Shown piece by piece: positions 16,654 to 16,773 of a stretch of 16,773 nt of DNA. The stretch's first letter is position 1, and every line of letters starts with the position of its first letter. Source of the stretch: a bacterium (GTDB taxonomy: Bacteria; Hinthialibacterota; Hinthialibacteria; Hinthialibacterales; Hinthialibacteraceae); the NCBI GenBank assembly GCA_041946805.1, contig JBHGBC010000134.1, positions 1 through 16,773 on the forward strand. The letters are read 5' to 3'. The notes below the pieces were generated by a model. It had not been told where the DNA came from, did not search any database, and saw only the letters and a list, made by a program, of their open reading frames with translations. The translations under genes were made by a program, and so were the position numbers.

Positions 16654-16773
16654 AATCTCGGCCCCCGCAACCTTCCGGCCGGCGCTGGCCGGCGGAGGTG
16701 TGCGGCATGGCGAATGTCAAGGGGACCGCCCGGCGCAGGGCGTGGCGGCTGTGGCTGGGAGCGGCGGTGGGGG

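Larger units (their letters stand above)
10271..16773 (-). mobile_element. Integrated phage-derived element (candidate capsid-forming satellite) at the 3' end of tRNA-Ala; continues beyond the right edge
   Basis: Abrupt switch from housekeeping genes to co-oriented phage capsid, portal, gp10-like, protease and tape measure genes, starting 160 nt after a tRNA 3' end. Integrase and second att site are not in the window. Confidence 0.85.

Noticed and set aside
16715..16720. Perfect TTGACA on the minus strand as -35 element
   Set aside because: No -10-like hexamer at 16-18 nt spacing.

Overview
The window has two parts. About 1-10270 is ordinary GC-rich bacterial chromosome: a secreted FecR/DUF6600-like protein running off the left edge (absent from the ORF track), an uncharacterised 322-aa protein, a PAS-PAS-GAF histidine kinase with a single-domain receiver, a TPR protein with an O-antigen-ligase-like membrane protein, a small hypothetical, a DUF151 nuclease-domain protein, a Maf/YhdE pyrophosphatase and tRNA-Ala(CGC). 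From the tRNA 3' end to the right edge is an integrated phage-derived element, all on the minus strand and transcribed toward the tRNA. In transcription order it holds a primase-type winged-helix fragment, two tandem dyad-symmetric origin-like modules, a 628-aa tape measure gene, a cos-like site, an HK97 prohead protease, an HK97-gp10-like tail-completion gene, a portal, a major capsid gene, a terminator and att-arm-like repeats. The five structural genes look intact but are in non-canonical order. No terminase, head-tail connector, major tail or baseplate gene lies between them. The best reading, which is an inference, is a capsid-forming phage satellite that also supplies its own tape measure and tail-completion proteins. 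A rearranged, decayed prophage cannot be excluded because the other end of the element is outside the window. All family assignments are from motif recognition by eye; no database search was run.
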